Position numbers and translations under genes: made by a program. A stretch of DNA of 62,565 nt, filler included, from Choristocarpus tenellus KU-1152 (taxonomy: Eukaryota > Protista > Phaeophyceae), in the NCBI GenBank assembly GCA_964200185.2. It is 8 parts of 8 records of this genome, joined end to end, with 100 filler letters (N's around TTAATTAATTAA, not from the genome) between each part and the next. Parts side by side here need not be neighbours in the genome. Positions count along the whole stretch, not along the records: positions 1 to 8,639 come from CAXNAD020004500.1; positions 8,740 to 15,017 come from CAXNAD020008499.1; positions 15,118 to 21,460 come from CAXNAD020008345.1; 5 more parts are not named here. One strand, written 5' to 3'. Below, in pieces: positions 1 to 15,635 of this stretch (position 1 is the first letter of the stretch; every line of letters begins with the position of its first letter). The notes beneath the pieces are model-generated. The model saw only the letters and a program-made list of their open reading frames with translations. It was not told where the DNA came from and ran no database searches.

Positions 1-140
1 GTGTCCATTTGGGTCATGATCAGGGAAAGTGCACTTACATTATCTGCCCGACATATGCAACCAAATCACCCCCAAAAAAATCGCGACATGAAAAAATGAG
101 CCCCAAATGGACAGCCGCCACCCCCCCAGGTACCTCGAGC
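1..140. mobile_element. MITE family B, partial copy
   Basis: GTCCATTTGGG...CGACATGAAAAAAT...GACAGCCGCCACCCCCC is a reverse homologue of 34709-34850. Confidence 0.65.
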
Positions 141-1013
141 CAGCATTCCACCAGTCTAGAGAATAACACATGTCCATATGAATCCATTATGCAACAGTTT
201 TTTCGAGCGATAATCCTCTTGAGTAGTACTCCTATGTCTCACTTTCAACAATCAGAATGGGCTACTGCAGACTTTCTGTGACCAGGATAGGGTACTTTTC
301 GACTACAACACTTTCTGTGACCAGGATGGGGTACGTTTCGACAACAAAAATGACAACAACAGAGTCAAACATTCGTTCGCAATGTGCAAAACATGTTCAA
401 TTCCTTGTTTTGTTTTTAGCAGGAGTTCTCATTGACATGAAAATTTGCCAACCATCAAATTGAAGTGGGACACTGATAAATAAATATAAATGTATATTCA
501 TAACTATGAGGCGATTTGAAGAGGGTCAAAGAACGGTTATTGGGGCTGAATTCGAAAATATGTTTTCTACAGGAATTGGTAGGCACCTCCTGCAATGGTA
601 TGGCCTGGGCTAGGAACTGCCTCAGATAATAAACGCAAGGAGGTGGCACCAGACACAAACAGCGGCAGACTAGGAACTCATAGATAGATGCACCTAGGCT
701 AAGGAAAGGGGTAAACAATGGAAGACACCCATTAAATGTATTGAGGTAGGTGAAAACATGAGATGCATGGAATTGAAGTTGCAACTTCCACTGCAATCAA
801 GAGAGAGCCTAGTAGTCCAGATTTCCTGCTTTCATAGTGTTGGTAAGTGAATGTCTTTGCCATGCTTATAGGGCTCAAGAATTGTTCGAAGAGTGCTCTG
901 CAGGACACTATCTGAACTGGAAGAGAAAACGACCAAAATGTATCCCTCTCAGCTGTTTGCGATTGCAACGAGGTCCCCACCACCCCTCTGTAGCTGATTT
1001 GCAACCCTACTTC

Positions 1014-4000
1014 TCACGGAACATCACTGTCCACGCTGCAAGGCACCAAGCCTTGCAGGATCTGCCCTCCCCCTTGATCTTCAAATTGGGAAAGAGTGGA
1101 CATCACGACAGAGGTGAAGGGCTCTCCCCACTTCCGCACCTGTTACAACAAACATTTTCGACATTTCCAGGGAGAGTCAGGTGGAATATACTTGGCAACC
1201 CTCAAGTACAAAAGCGGTACTTTTTTTAAATTATTTTTGTTCATAGAGTCCTAGCATTATGGTATACTTCATATTCTCTCTCACGCCCAAATATTGTGTT
1301 TGTGCCTATGAAGCAGAATGGGCGGCTTCTAATTGCAAACTCACGTACAGGCAGGGAGGGGAAAAGAAAAAGAAAGTTGAGGAAAACGTGATCGATACAA
1401 CTACAAGCTCACCAAGTTGAGAAAAGGAATCGGACGAGCCCTGTATTGAGCCATGCTATCTTGCAAGGGGTTATCATTGTGCATTTAGGGTCCGTGTGAC
1501 TGCCTTCTGGTACACACTTCTACCACACTGGGGGCTGGTTTCGCACTTATGTGAGCTAGCGCTCTTGCCCAGCTTTCTGGGGGGGGTTAAGTGCATTTCA
1601 GGCATGGAAATTGGAAGATAGAAGATGTTTAAAGTCCTAAATACTCAAAATGGTCTAAATAGACCCCCTCTCTAAGATTCCATTATGCCCATTATGCCAT
1701 GCAGTAGCTTTCATGTCACCAACTTACACACTCTTGCTTGTTTGATTATCCATCCATTAGTCCATTCACTTTTCTGATGGAAAGTGTAAAACCCCATTGC
1801 ACAGTGTGTGCAAATGTTGATTTTCCTGGGCTAACTCGATCTTGTTGTGTAATCATGCACCATTCCAACCCACCTCAAATAGAAATGCCTCAACAGCCTC
1901 TTGACAAATCTCGTCCCCTTTATCCTTGTCTTCCGGGTACAACAGCCTCAATGTGCCCAAGAACCTCCCCTCCCTGGGAGGCAACCATCAACACACAGGT
2001 CAAGCACTGAGAGGACGACGGGCAAAGCATGTTGTACTTTGCCCCCACTGATAACAGAGGCATCCTTAATGTTGCTGCAGATTCACTCAACGGTTTTTAC
2101 TTGTGGTTCAGACCGGATCAACTAGGGATGGCAGACGCCAAGAACATCTGGATCACGAGGCAGTAGCCCCCTGGGGCATTGTCAATGAAAGAAACTAAGA
2201 CAATACCATTATTTTATGTGGTCATAACAAGCTGCTTGCTTTATTTTAAATAATATCATTGAAACCACTTCCCTTCGATCAATTCAATTCACTACAAAAT
2301 TGTGTTTTCTAGGATAGATTCCCCTTTTTTGAGGTTCACGAACCGGAGAGGTGTTTGAAAGTGCCAGTAGCAGCATAGAAAAACCGACTCTGCCGAAGGC
2401 TTCCCTCCATTGCAAAGGGTTGTCTGAAGAACTTCAGGTCTTGCTTACCCTGAGAAGGAACGCTTGCATTATTTGAGACAATTTTCCTACGATTTTCAAC
2501 ACAAACAAGTGTATCTACCACTCAATATTACATGAGTTACAAAGGAAGCCTGAGCCAGAAGAAACTGTACTACATCCCTCCACCTACGCTCTCTCAATAT
2601 ACAACTCTTCCAGATCTCAAAACAGCCCAACAACAAATGCTCTCCCACCTCAAGACCCCCTCTCCAAGCTGTGAGTTCTTGAGGAAGCTACGCAGCACCC
2701 CCAGTGTGAGTCTAACACTGTCTCTGTCACACAGGGCGACAAAAATGTAGTCCCTCAATTGCTCGAAGATGTAGCCCCACTGCACGTTTGATGTAATTCA
2801 AAGGAATGGAACGGGTGTGTATGAGGGAAAGGACTGATCGGCTGATAGACTAGTGTTTGCATCCTGAGAGTTGCTCGAAGAGGAACTATCTTTTCTATGT
2901 GTTTGGCGGTTACACAATTGAGGATCTCTTACAATTATTTCTCAAACATCTCGTGGATCCAGATTATTATTAACTAGTCGAGGTGATTTCGAGCTATATT
3001 GCCACAATTACGTGCCCTGTAAAAAAAAATGTCATGTCTAAGAACAAACCATAGTACTACCGAAATATGGGGTGGGGGGGTGGGGGTGTACGAAGGATCA
3101 GTTCCAAGCATCACTTGTAGAGTTCAAATTGCTTCAGTTTGTGTACTATATAGCACTCTTTATTGCGATCGACCAAGCACTGTGCCGGTACTGGACACAA
3201 AGGCCATTTACGTGGAGGGGTGAATATGCAATTGAAAATGATGCTCTTCATCCTGATCACAGCCCATGCCAGTCAACAAATGTCGGCCCTATGCTACGAG
3301 CATAGGGACAATCTTTCCCAAAAGCGCAGCATGTAGAAACAAGGTCAATCTTGACTCATACCGGGGTGCCCCGAAACAGACACCCTTTGGGTGATTGTCA
3401 ATACTCTGAGGGTAATGCAATAGCTCAATCCTTCCATACTTTGGCTAGATTTCACGCCATTTGCTCTCACCTCTTGCCCTAATTTTGGGCCACTTTCTCC
3501 ATTACTGTCGTCATCTTGGTCACCCCAACCACCACCACCTGTGTCAATCGCCTGATTTATGTCGATATTGCACTCCCCTTGCACGCAGGCAGCCAGCACC
3601 TGTCATTTTTCCACGGGAGAGATGAAAAAGAAAAAGGGAAGATGAGGATACAGATATAAATACTATTTGAGTTAGTATTCCAATGTGGTAAGGAGGCCTC
3701 CGTGCCGTCAGAGTACCCAGCACTTCATTTCCCTCCCTTCCTCAAGTCAAAAACAAGCATTTCACATTGATGTCTGCAAGGCACAAGAAGTGCACACATA
3801 CAGAAAAACCCCATGCCACTCGCCTGCAGATGACCCAGGTCCATCCTTTCCAGGCTTCCCTCTGTGACCTTCTGACACAGGGCACTGGCTACTGCCAAGC
3901 CATCCCAGGCCATTGGCAAAGGGTTCAATTGGATTGTTCCCCCAGTCTGCAGGTAGAGGCAAGGATGCATGGCATGATGAAAATGCTTGGTTTAAGGCAA

Positions 4001-7000
4001 GGGCATCAGGCTGTGGTGTTATTTTCTACTCCAGAGTGTCATGTAACAACCTTAACCTGTTGCACTGCATACTCCATGCAATGCTTCCAATGAAATGAGC
4101 AGATAACCTTTGCAAAGCGAATTTTCACGCATCTTGAACATAGTAAAGTAACATTTTTCTGAATCTCAACAGCAGCTCGAACTTTGCACTTAAGTGGGCA
4201 CTTGGACGCTCTCTGACCCTTTGTGATGCTAGTACCAGACCCATTCTTTTGGGGGCAGACATTGACAGAGTTGGCTTGACCCTACTGTATGCGTTGATGA
4301 TGCTTGCCCTCGAAACAAAGTGCTTGGTACCAGCACGGTTTTTTGCACCCCCATCGTATATTCATTGAGGTACATATTGCAGATGACAAGACAATGCTCC
4401 TAACATTGTGATGAAAATAATATCACTCGTCACCAACTATATCACCTAGTCTTCTCACATACTAATAACCCACTCCACCTCCTTCACTTAGACCCTGGAA
4501 CTGATTGACACTGTCTGTACACTCTGTCTGGAATAAGTCAGAACTTATTCCTGACTGCATCAAACTTAAACCCTGCCAAAGGGGATCTTCAATACCCTGT
4601 TGTGATTGACAGGGAATGCGCATTTCAGTGTGTTCTAGGGTCAAAAACGGGTGCCGGCACCCCCGAGCAAGAACTTCTTTCCCACACAATGAGAGGAATG
4701 AGACCGTCAGATGATGACTCCTTGCTACCACAAACTTCATCGGGATTTTATCTTTCTTCCTCTTTCGACAGATTGCATTACAGTGCGAGAGTTGGAATTG
4801 GCTGAGAATTTGACCATCGGGGTATGGATACGATTTTGACAAAGTGAAGATCCTTCTCCTTGAGTACCTTACAAAACATGTTGACATCTACCAACCCATT
4901 GTCTTCCATAATAATACACACTACCATCTAAAACAACACAAAGCACCAAAAAAACACTTCCATGACCTGGGGAATGTTGCCTGATGACAAGGTTTGAATG
5001 TACTTGGCTCAAATGACAACATTTAATGTAATGCCTATTGCCTTCCACATTGATGATAATTTCTCAGAGCTGATTTCTTTGACTATGGACCTAACATCGT
5101 AGGGCATTTTTGAGATAGGAGCAAAAATTGCAGCAAAATGCTGTCTTCATATACATCCTTTCCTACGCAAAGTTGAGTCAACACCTTGAAAATCGCGATG
5201 CGCTGATGAGAATAATTCCAATGTGGTCATGATGTCTCTACGACTGTCAACAAACAGGATAGCTTCCAATAGGTTTACGAACCTGACTCTCTATTTGCAA
5301 AAGGTTTCCGTTCCCTTCTGTGTCTGCTGTTGGGTCACTCTCCCTGGCTGACCGACTCCGATCACGATCATTGCCTCCATGCATTCCTGCAGGGTTGGTT
5401 CCTTGTCAAGATAACAAACACATCCATTACCTGTCCCAAGATACTTCTCTTGGACGCAACCTCTATATGAAGGCTATTCCAAAGAAGCATCAACACATGT
5501 ATGTGTGTGTTGGATTACTTACACTCATACTAGTGTTCAAATGTCTGAATTTGTGCGTGTGTGCAACACCCCAAGTCTCCAAAATACACCATTTACAACT
5601 TACCAAGCATAGCACATCTTTCATCTACAGGAAGCCCAACTAGCACATTGACGAAGAGACGTGCCAAAAAAATATCGTTGGAAGACAGTTCGCCATGGGA
5701 CAGGTGCAGGATGGGTGCCAGCACTGTTAGTCCAATCTTTTGAACTGCCAGAGGTGCCTCCGAATTCAAGGATGTCTGTGGGGATTGTTGTTGACTATGA
5801 GAAGTGATGAGTTATATCATGGTAGGAATAACTTGGATTCCTTTCAAATGAACTGTTGAGGAGGGCGGGCAGGTAAACATTATAGTTGGAGGTTGAAAGT
5901 AGGAAAGGTGGCCCAGCGCTCCACTCCCTGAACTCAGACAATACATGCATTTGTAGTAACAGGGCTAATTAACTGTTCGACAAACGTATATCTTGGAGTT
6001 GCATTTGAGCTCCTCTGAGTTTGTCATTAGGCTCAAACATGCTTTGTGTATTATCTCTCAAGCGCGTCACTCTTCGAAATTGTCGAAACTGCACTTATAC
6101 AGAAACGGTGTGGTGCATTGTTTTTGATGCAGGAGACAGTTTTAATATCGCACTTGTTTCATTTTTCCAGAATCTTCATCTATGATTGACATGGGGTTAT
6201 CATCTAATGCCTACAGGAACCCTCAAAAAAGGTTGGTGTACTTGTGCATTAATTGCATACTAATATTGTATACCTTGAACTATAATGGAATGTGACAGCA
6301 AAATTGTAGCATCCCCTGCAGATTGAAGACCGAATAGTTGGTCGTCCAGCCGAACCTACCTCTACAATGGACAACACTCCACCCAGCTGATTGCCAAGTG
6401 CATCCTTCTCCTCCAACGCTTGAATTATGGAAGTTGAAACAACCAAGAGCTGGGCCTGGACCTCCCACCACTCATCCTGGGGCAATGGGAAGTCGATACT
6501 GTGTTGAGGACTTGGAAACAAATACTCTTTTTACGATTATGTGATATTTACAGTTTCAGATGTGGTTGACAGAACAAAGAAAGACGAAACGACAAAACCA
6601 TGAATATATTTGGAGCATGGGGGAAAACATGGCGTCATCTTTACTTAGCAAAGGATGGGGTGCCCCCTGTTGCACACCAGCTGAACCAAAGCTTGACGCA
6701 CCTGGTGTTGGTCTTCCGGATTCTCACTTATCACACTTACTGAACGCTAAGACTACAGATAGTCGTCAAGTCCATCAGGGTCACTACTACAACCCACGCC
6801 ATTTCGACCGTCAGACTCAATATCACGTACCACCTGATCACATCACTTAACCATAATTTTAAGTCATTGAATCAAACGTTCAATGGAGTAAATCCATTAC
6901 CCCAAATCCGCTTATTCGAAACACCACTCCCACACCGAGATATGGTCAGAACATATCCTAGGATTCATTCATCGTCTCTGATTTTTTTTTGTTCTGCCGC

Positions 7001-8338
7001 AAATACGGAATTTCAATTTGTGTTACCCCCTCAATCTTTACACATCGCTTTCATAGCAAGGGAGGGTTAACCCACCTGTTCGTTATGGTCGAACTAGTGT
7101 ACACTACTCAAGGATTGAAGCAATACAATGGAATTAGAGAAGATTTGTGTTCACGCTTTTCTTGCCGATCCCATAGAAATGCTGATCTCCAATGTGTACA
7201 GGCTACCTGATTCCTAGCTTTTGATTTCAAATTAAAAGAAAACATTCACAAATTGGAAGTTTCAGATGCCACTTAGAGTCAAAGTATCTTAGAGGGCAGG
7301 GCCGCGTCCATTTGGGGCCAAAATCCAACGTTGCGATTTTGATGTAATTTTGGCTATCGTGTTTGTTAGGAAGTGTCAGTATCCTTGTTCCGGACAGACC
7401 TTTTCATAATGTAGACAATTTGACATATTCCAAAACATTTTGGAGTAGGAAAATGTAATAAAAATCCCCATGGGAAGCCAAGCCCCAAATGGACAAACAG
7501 GGAAAAATTCGTACCCTCTAAGATACTTTCACTCTTAGGAAACGATAAGCACAACGGGGGAAACATGCTGCTGCGGTGCTCCCAGCACAAATTCTACAAT
7601 GATAAGTATAGGTTAAAGGAGGACTACACTACAGGTTCGTCTTCTCTGAGCTCTCGGAAAATATATGGAGGAACACCTAAGTGTATGAGCAAACAAAGAG
7701 TAACCCAGGCTGAGGATCATGGTGCGATAGATATTGTGGGAGAGGTATAGTTGGCTGTAGAATCAATCTCTTGCATTGTACAAGAAAGATGGTGGAAAGG
7801 ACTCCATCGTAGGGATCAGGAGGAAGAGTGGAACATGATTTACCTCCATAGCCAGCTTGATCAAGGTGGGAAGAAGTCCTGCAAGAGACTCGTCATTGTG
7901 CACCAAGAGAAGAGGAAGCATACCAATAGCAGCTGCCCTTGTTGTTGGGGTGGGTTGCGCCAGCCCAATAGTGCTGTAGTACAAGTATATGTCCACTAGT
8001 TCATCGGAAAGCTGGCCGCAAGTCAACAGAAGCAACTCTCAGGTTGAGTTATTACTTGTGTTTTCTTCAATAGTGGCGCGAATTGATGTTTCGTCAAGAT
8101 AGAGAACTCTAGATGGGGAGGGGGACCTATACAAGGCATCATAATTGCTAGTGTAAGCAAACCGGAACCCCAAAGGTTAAGCTTCGATATTTCCACACCT
8201 CATCCTCTAGATGAAGGAGGTTGGCCAAGACATGTATGTATGTGTCCATGTCAGACATCACCTCCTCAAGACGCTTGATTGCCTGGAGAATTTCCAAGAG
8301 CAAGTTCAAAGGAGGTAGGACGATGCTTGTCTTTGGGG
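1014..8338 (-). CDS. Uncharacterised alpha-helical (HEAT/ARM-like) protein, 5'-partial, 10 exons
   Basis: Exons 8338-8199, 8011-7844, 6476-6360, 5775-5604, 5386-5283, 3946-3824, 3599-3471, 2779-2649, 1973-1874, 1139-1014. All have AG acceptors and GT donors (one GC donor), and the phases match. They give a continuous frame ...LHLEDE|LSDELVDIYLYYSTIGL...KLAME|DEWWEVQAQLL...|WDGLAVASALCQKV...HLQ|VLAACV...LGQE|WGYIFEQLRDYIFVALCD...|EGRFLGTLRLLYP...|VRKWGEPF...DVP*. The fold is inferred from amphipathic helices only. Confidence 0.8.
7276..7534. mobile_element. MITE family A (~260 bp), copy 1
   Basis: TIRs GAGTCAAAGTATCTTAGAGGG ... CCCTCTAAGATACTTTCACTC, flanked by TTA/TTA. It lies in an intron of gene 1. 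Confidence 0.85.
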
Positions 8339-8639
8339 CTGGCAGTGATCAATCGTAAACATGGTTTGATGCAGGCCGCTGTGGAGTGTGGGGTGGATAA
8401 GCCTTCCTACAGTATGTCCCTCTCCCCTTAGAGATACCTCCTCTCTACAATCTCTTTCCACCCTTTGCACCGTTTTATGCTCAAGTACTCTTGTAAGCTT
8501 CCTTGCATCACAACTGAAGAGCATTGATTCCACATGATAAGTGTATTCAGAACTACCCAAGCTGACATTCCACTTGATCTGTCATATACTCCCTGTCCAG
8601 CCAAAGACCTCTCAGGTTGGACTCAAAGTGTCTGTGGGG

Positions 8640-8739
8640 NNNNNNNNNNNNNNNNNNNNNNNNNNNNNNNNNNNNNNNNNNNNTTAATTAATTAANNNNN
8701 NNNNNNNNNNNNNNNNNNNNNNNNNNNNNNNNNNNNNNN
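8640..8739. other. Artificial contig-joining linker (first of seven)
   Basis: N44-TTAATTAATTAA-N44, which has stops in all six frames. Identical linkers occur at 15018-15117, 21461-21560, 26327-26426, 31638-31737, 34870-34969 and 42827-42926. Confidence 0.97.
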
Positions 8740-9345
8740 CCCCCCCCCCCTCATTTGTGTGTGTGTGTGTGTGTGTGATGTTGTATTGTTCATTTCTTTA
8801 TCTTTTACTTTTTTTTAAAAGAAAAACATAAAACAATCAGCTGGATGAAAAATTTATACATTTTTGACAGTTACTATTTTTAATATTTTTCTTTATTGAT
8901 CAACAGCGAAGGCGGGGAACGAGAACGCCTCTTTGGTGAAAACTGATTGAGATGAAAATATTGGCAGATGGATAGTTTTGTAATTTTTATGTGATCTCTT
9001 CCTCCCACCACTGTGAGGTGTGTTAGGGTTAGGGTTAGGGTTAGGGTTGGAATCACACACACAATTGATTTCAAATTTGAAGCTGGAGTCTTTGCTCACT
9101 TTTGGAACAAAAAATTTGATCACATGGTCTTGTACTTTAGATTTTATTAGAAGCAGCAATCCAAAATATTTGGTTGGTTGTCTGTGTAGTTGGTTCCATG
9201 AGAGTCTTCTCCTTTTTCTCCTATCTCTGTGGTCATTTGTTACAGAATGATTCCTTTCACGCACCTCACCTTGAGATAGAGCCAGTAACATCTATTTACC
9301 ATGTTTTTAATCATTTATGGCAATGTGGTGTGTAAGGTGTATTTT

Positions 9346-9506
9346 AAATTAAATAATATAAATTTTGTCATTTTTTAAGCTAAATTAAATAGTATAAATT
9401 TTGTCTTTTTTTTAAACTATATTAAATAGTATAAATTTTGTCTTTTTTTAAAACTATATTAAATAGTATAAACTTTGTCATTTTTTTAAACTAAATTAAA
9501 TAGTAT
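9346..9506. repeat. AT-rich ~37-bp tandem repeat, ~4.5 copies
   Basis: Unit is approximately AAATTAAATAGTATAAATTTTGTC(T)nAAACT. Confidence 0.85.
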
Positions 9507-10043
9507 CATTTTGGTGCTGTTGTTTGTTCTCGTCATTTAGCATCTTACGAATCGTGGAAAAGGGTTAGGGTTAGGGTTGGGGTTGGGGTTGGGGTTAGGG
9601 TTAGGGTTATTCTTCCCCATTATGTTTGATGCAAGACTCATTAGCTTTTTATATGCCGTCTTGTACAAATTATTCATATTTTCACGAGACTCTACGAAAT
9701 ATTCACAAGGGTTAGCGTTAGGGTTAGGACTCTATATTTTCCTCCTCCCTCCTCTTTACTCTTTACCTCTGGTGTTTTGAATAGGGTTAGGGTTAGGGTT
9801 AGTCAGTAGTACGGTATGACTATGAAGGGAACTGTTGACATGGTATATTTCTAATTCCTTGTACCATTTTTATGGTAAATATCATACCGTCATACTACTA
9901 CTCCTCCAGTCGCATTTCGAAGTCTTAGCAGAAAGCTAGAAATTTCTAAAAAAAATAGTACGATTTTGTCCTAAAAGTGATTCCCATTTTTTTTTTTAAG
10001 GGATTGGTACCTCCCTCCCCCCTTTCTGAATAACAAGTAATAA

Positions 10044-13642
<3,599 letters not shown>

Positions 13643-14752
13643 TTGTATCTGTGCGTTGTCACTTTTGCAATCATTGTTAGTTTTTACTATCATCCTCCCT
13701 GTGCAAAATAGTTTCCTGCAATGATTTAAGGGTAGGTTTGTTTTAGAGGTTGCTGAGCGGTACACAGAGGTCTTGGAAGATGAGTATAGTTGTTGCGAGA
13801 GGGAGGTGGTGTCCCCTCTCCTACAGCAAGCATTTTTGTAATACTCTGATGATGAGCCCATCCAGGTAGAGTCTTTCGAGACCATTCTAGCTTGACCAAT
13901 CCTTTCATTCCGTCAACTATCTCACAACAGAGCAAGAGTGCTCGGACAAGGCACAATTCCATGTGAGTTATTGACAAAATGCAGAGGGAAAGCAGCATCC
14001 CGCTACTAGTACTACTCTATAAAATATGAAGCGATTCCTCTGTCTAAATCTTTGTAAGCCCAGCTCCACCCCAAAACAGAGAAGAATCGACTCATGGCAC
14101 AAGCCGCAAGCTTATTGCTTCATTAGCACAAAGGCTCTGGACTTGTAGGGCTGACGTAGTCATGTCACAGGAACAAGAGCTTGGAGATGTCCAGATGCAA
14201 CATCCCCTTCTTCCTTGTTGTGGTGTACTCATTGTAGGTGACAATTGCTTGTGTTTTTTGTTTCTCTTAGTGTCAACCCTAATCCTAAGATTGTCATGTT
14301 GCACAGCACAAGATATTCGATGTAATGGAAAGAGAAGAGTCTGGTTAGAGCCTACGAAGGGGTGTGGTAATCAAATCCGTACTTTACTATTCTGGTACAC
14401 CTTGTGCGAGGGGTTCTCTGCATTGCTGTTCAATGCGTCACGTAGCTCCATGAGGGCATGGAGAGAGGAAACCTGTCCCTCAAGCCAGTGGAACACTGAA
14501 ATCCCCCCAAAAACACATTTGGAAGCGGTCATTGCTCGAGAGGTTTTATATGCAGTACTAAGACTAGGCTAGCTCTGTGATCGAAATTCCATTTCTTCTT
14601 CCATTTGTTGATATTTATATCATTGGCAAACTACTGTGCTCTATAATTGGAATCATTGGCAGCCAAATTGCTGAACCACCCACCATATCTTCCCATCAAG
14701 TAACTTGAGTATTTTCATTTCGCATCTCGATCGGCGGTGTAACCTGTGATAA

Positions 14753-15017
14753 GACATTGCTAAGTAAACTTGGTGGACATTGCTAAGTAACCTTGGTGGA
14801 CATTGCTAAGTAAACTTGGTGGACATTGCTAAGTAACCTTGGTGGACATTGCTAAGTAAACTTGGTGGACATTGCTAAGTAAACTTGGTGGACATTGCTA
14901 AGTAACCTTGGTGGACATTGCTAAGTAACCTTGGTGGACATTGCTAAGTAAACTTGGTGGACATTGCTAAGTAACCTTGGTGGACATTGCTAAGTAAACT
15001 TGGTGGACATTGCTAAG
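14753..15017. repeat. 23-bp tandem repeat, at least 11.5 copies, running into the contig end
   Basis: GACATTGCTAAGTAA[A/C]CTTGGTG head-to-tail with no spacers. Confidence 0.95.
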
Positions 15018-15196
15018 NNNNNNNNNNNNNNNNNNNNNNNNNNNNNNNNNNNNNNNNNNNNTTAATTAATTAANNNNNNNNNNNNNNNNNNNNNNNNNNN
15101 NNNNNNNNNNNNNNNNNTTTTTTTTTTTTTAAAGAAAAAGAGGGACAGGGAAATTGGGGGGGGGGGGGGGGAGGACGGGGGCCTTTCCCCTCTTTT

Positions 15197-15230
<34 letters not shown>

Positions 15231-15635
15231 TCTATTTTTTCCTATGGTGACAGCTGGTGAGAGAGTAGAGGAGCATGTTTTTTAGCACCTTTCCTGGTAT
15301 TGCAGGGTGTGTATATCATACACCTTATTATTGATGTATTAGTATTTAACTCATAATTCGTTCGGGGAAGGCCCTTTATAGGGGAGCAAAAAGGTGCATT
15401 TTTGTGCTGCCTGCCTCACAGAGCCATCCAAGGTTGTTGCATTGTGAGGGCAGGGGGTTGCAATCCTGAATTGACAGTGGTTGGTCAAAAAGTTCCTCTG
15501 GTAGGGAAAAATGCACTTCAATCTTTAATAAGCATCAGGGGGTTCAAAAGCATCACTGTTGCTGCTACAATGCCATTACAACTGCTCTATTTTTTCTTAT
15601 TTTTTATACGTATGTTGTGCTCTACTTCTTTGCAG

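Noticed and set aside
8199-8338. Copia gag-like fragment
   Set aside because: It splices in phase into the 10-exon host gene, and no LTR or pol motifs are nearby.
8880-9780. ORFs with NPNPNP / LGLGLG / LTLTLT runs
   Set aside because: They are translations of telomeric hexamer tracts.
14753-15017. CRISPR-like array
   Set aside because: The repeats are head-to-tail with no unique spacers, there are no cas genes, and the context is eukaryotic.
15118-15230. Poly-G/poly-C tracts as G-quadruplex elements
   Set aside because: They sit at contig ends where short-read sequence is unreliable (also 26270-26450, 31550-31637, 42770-42826).
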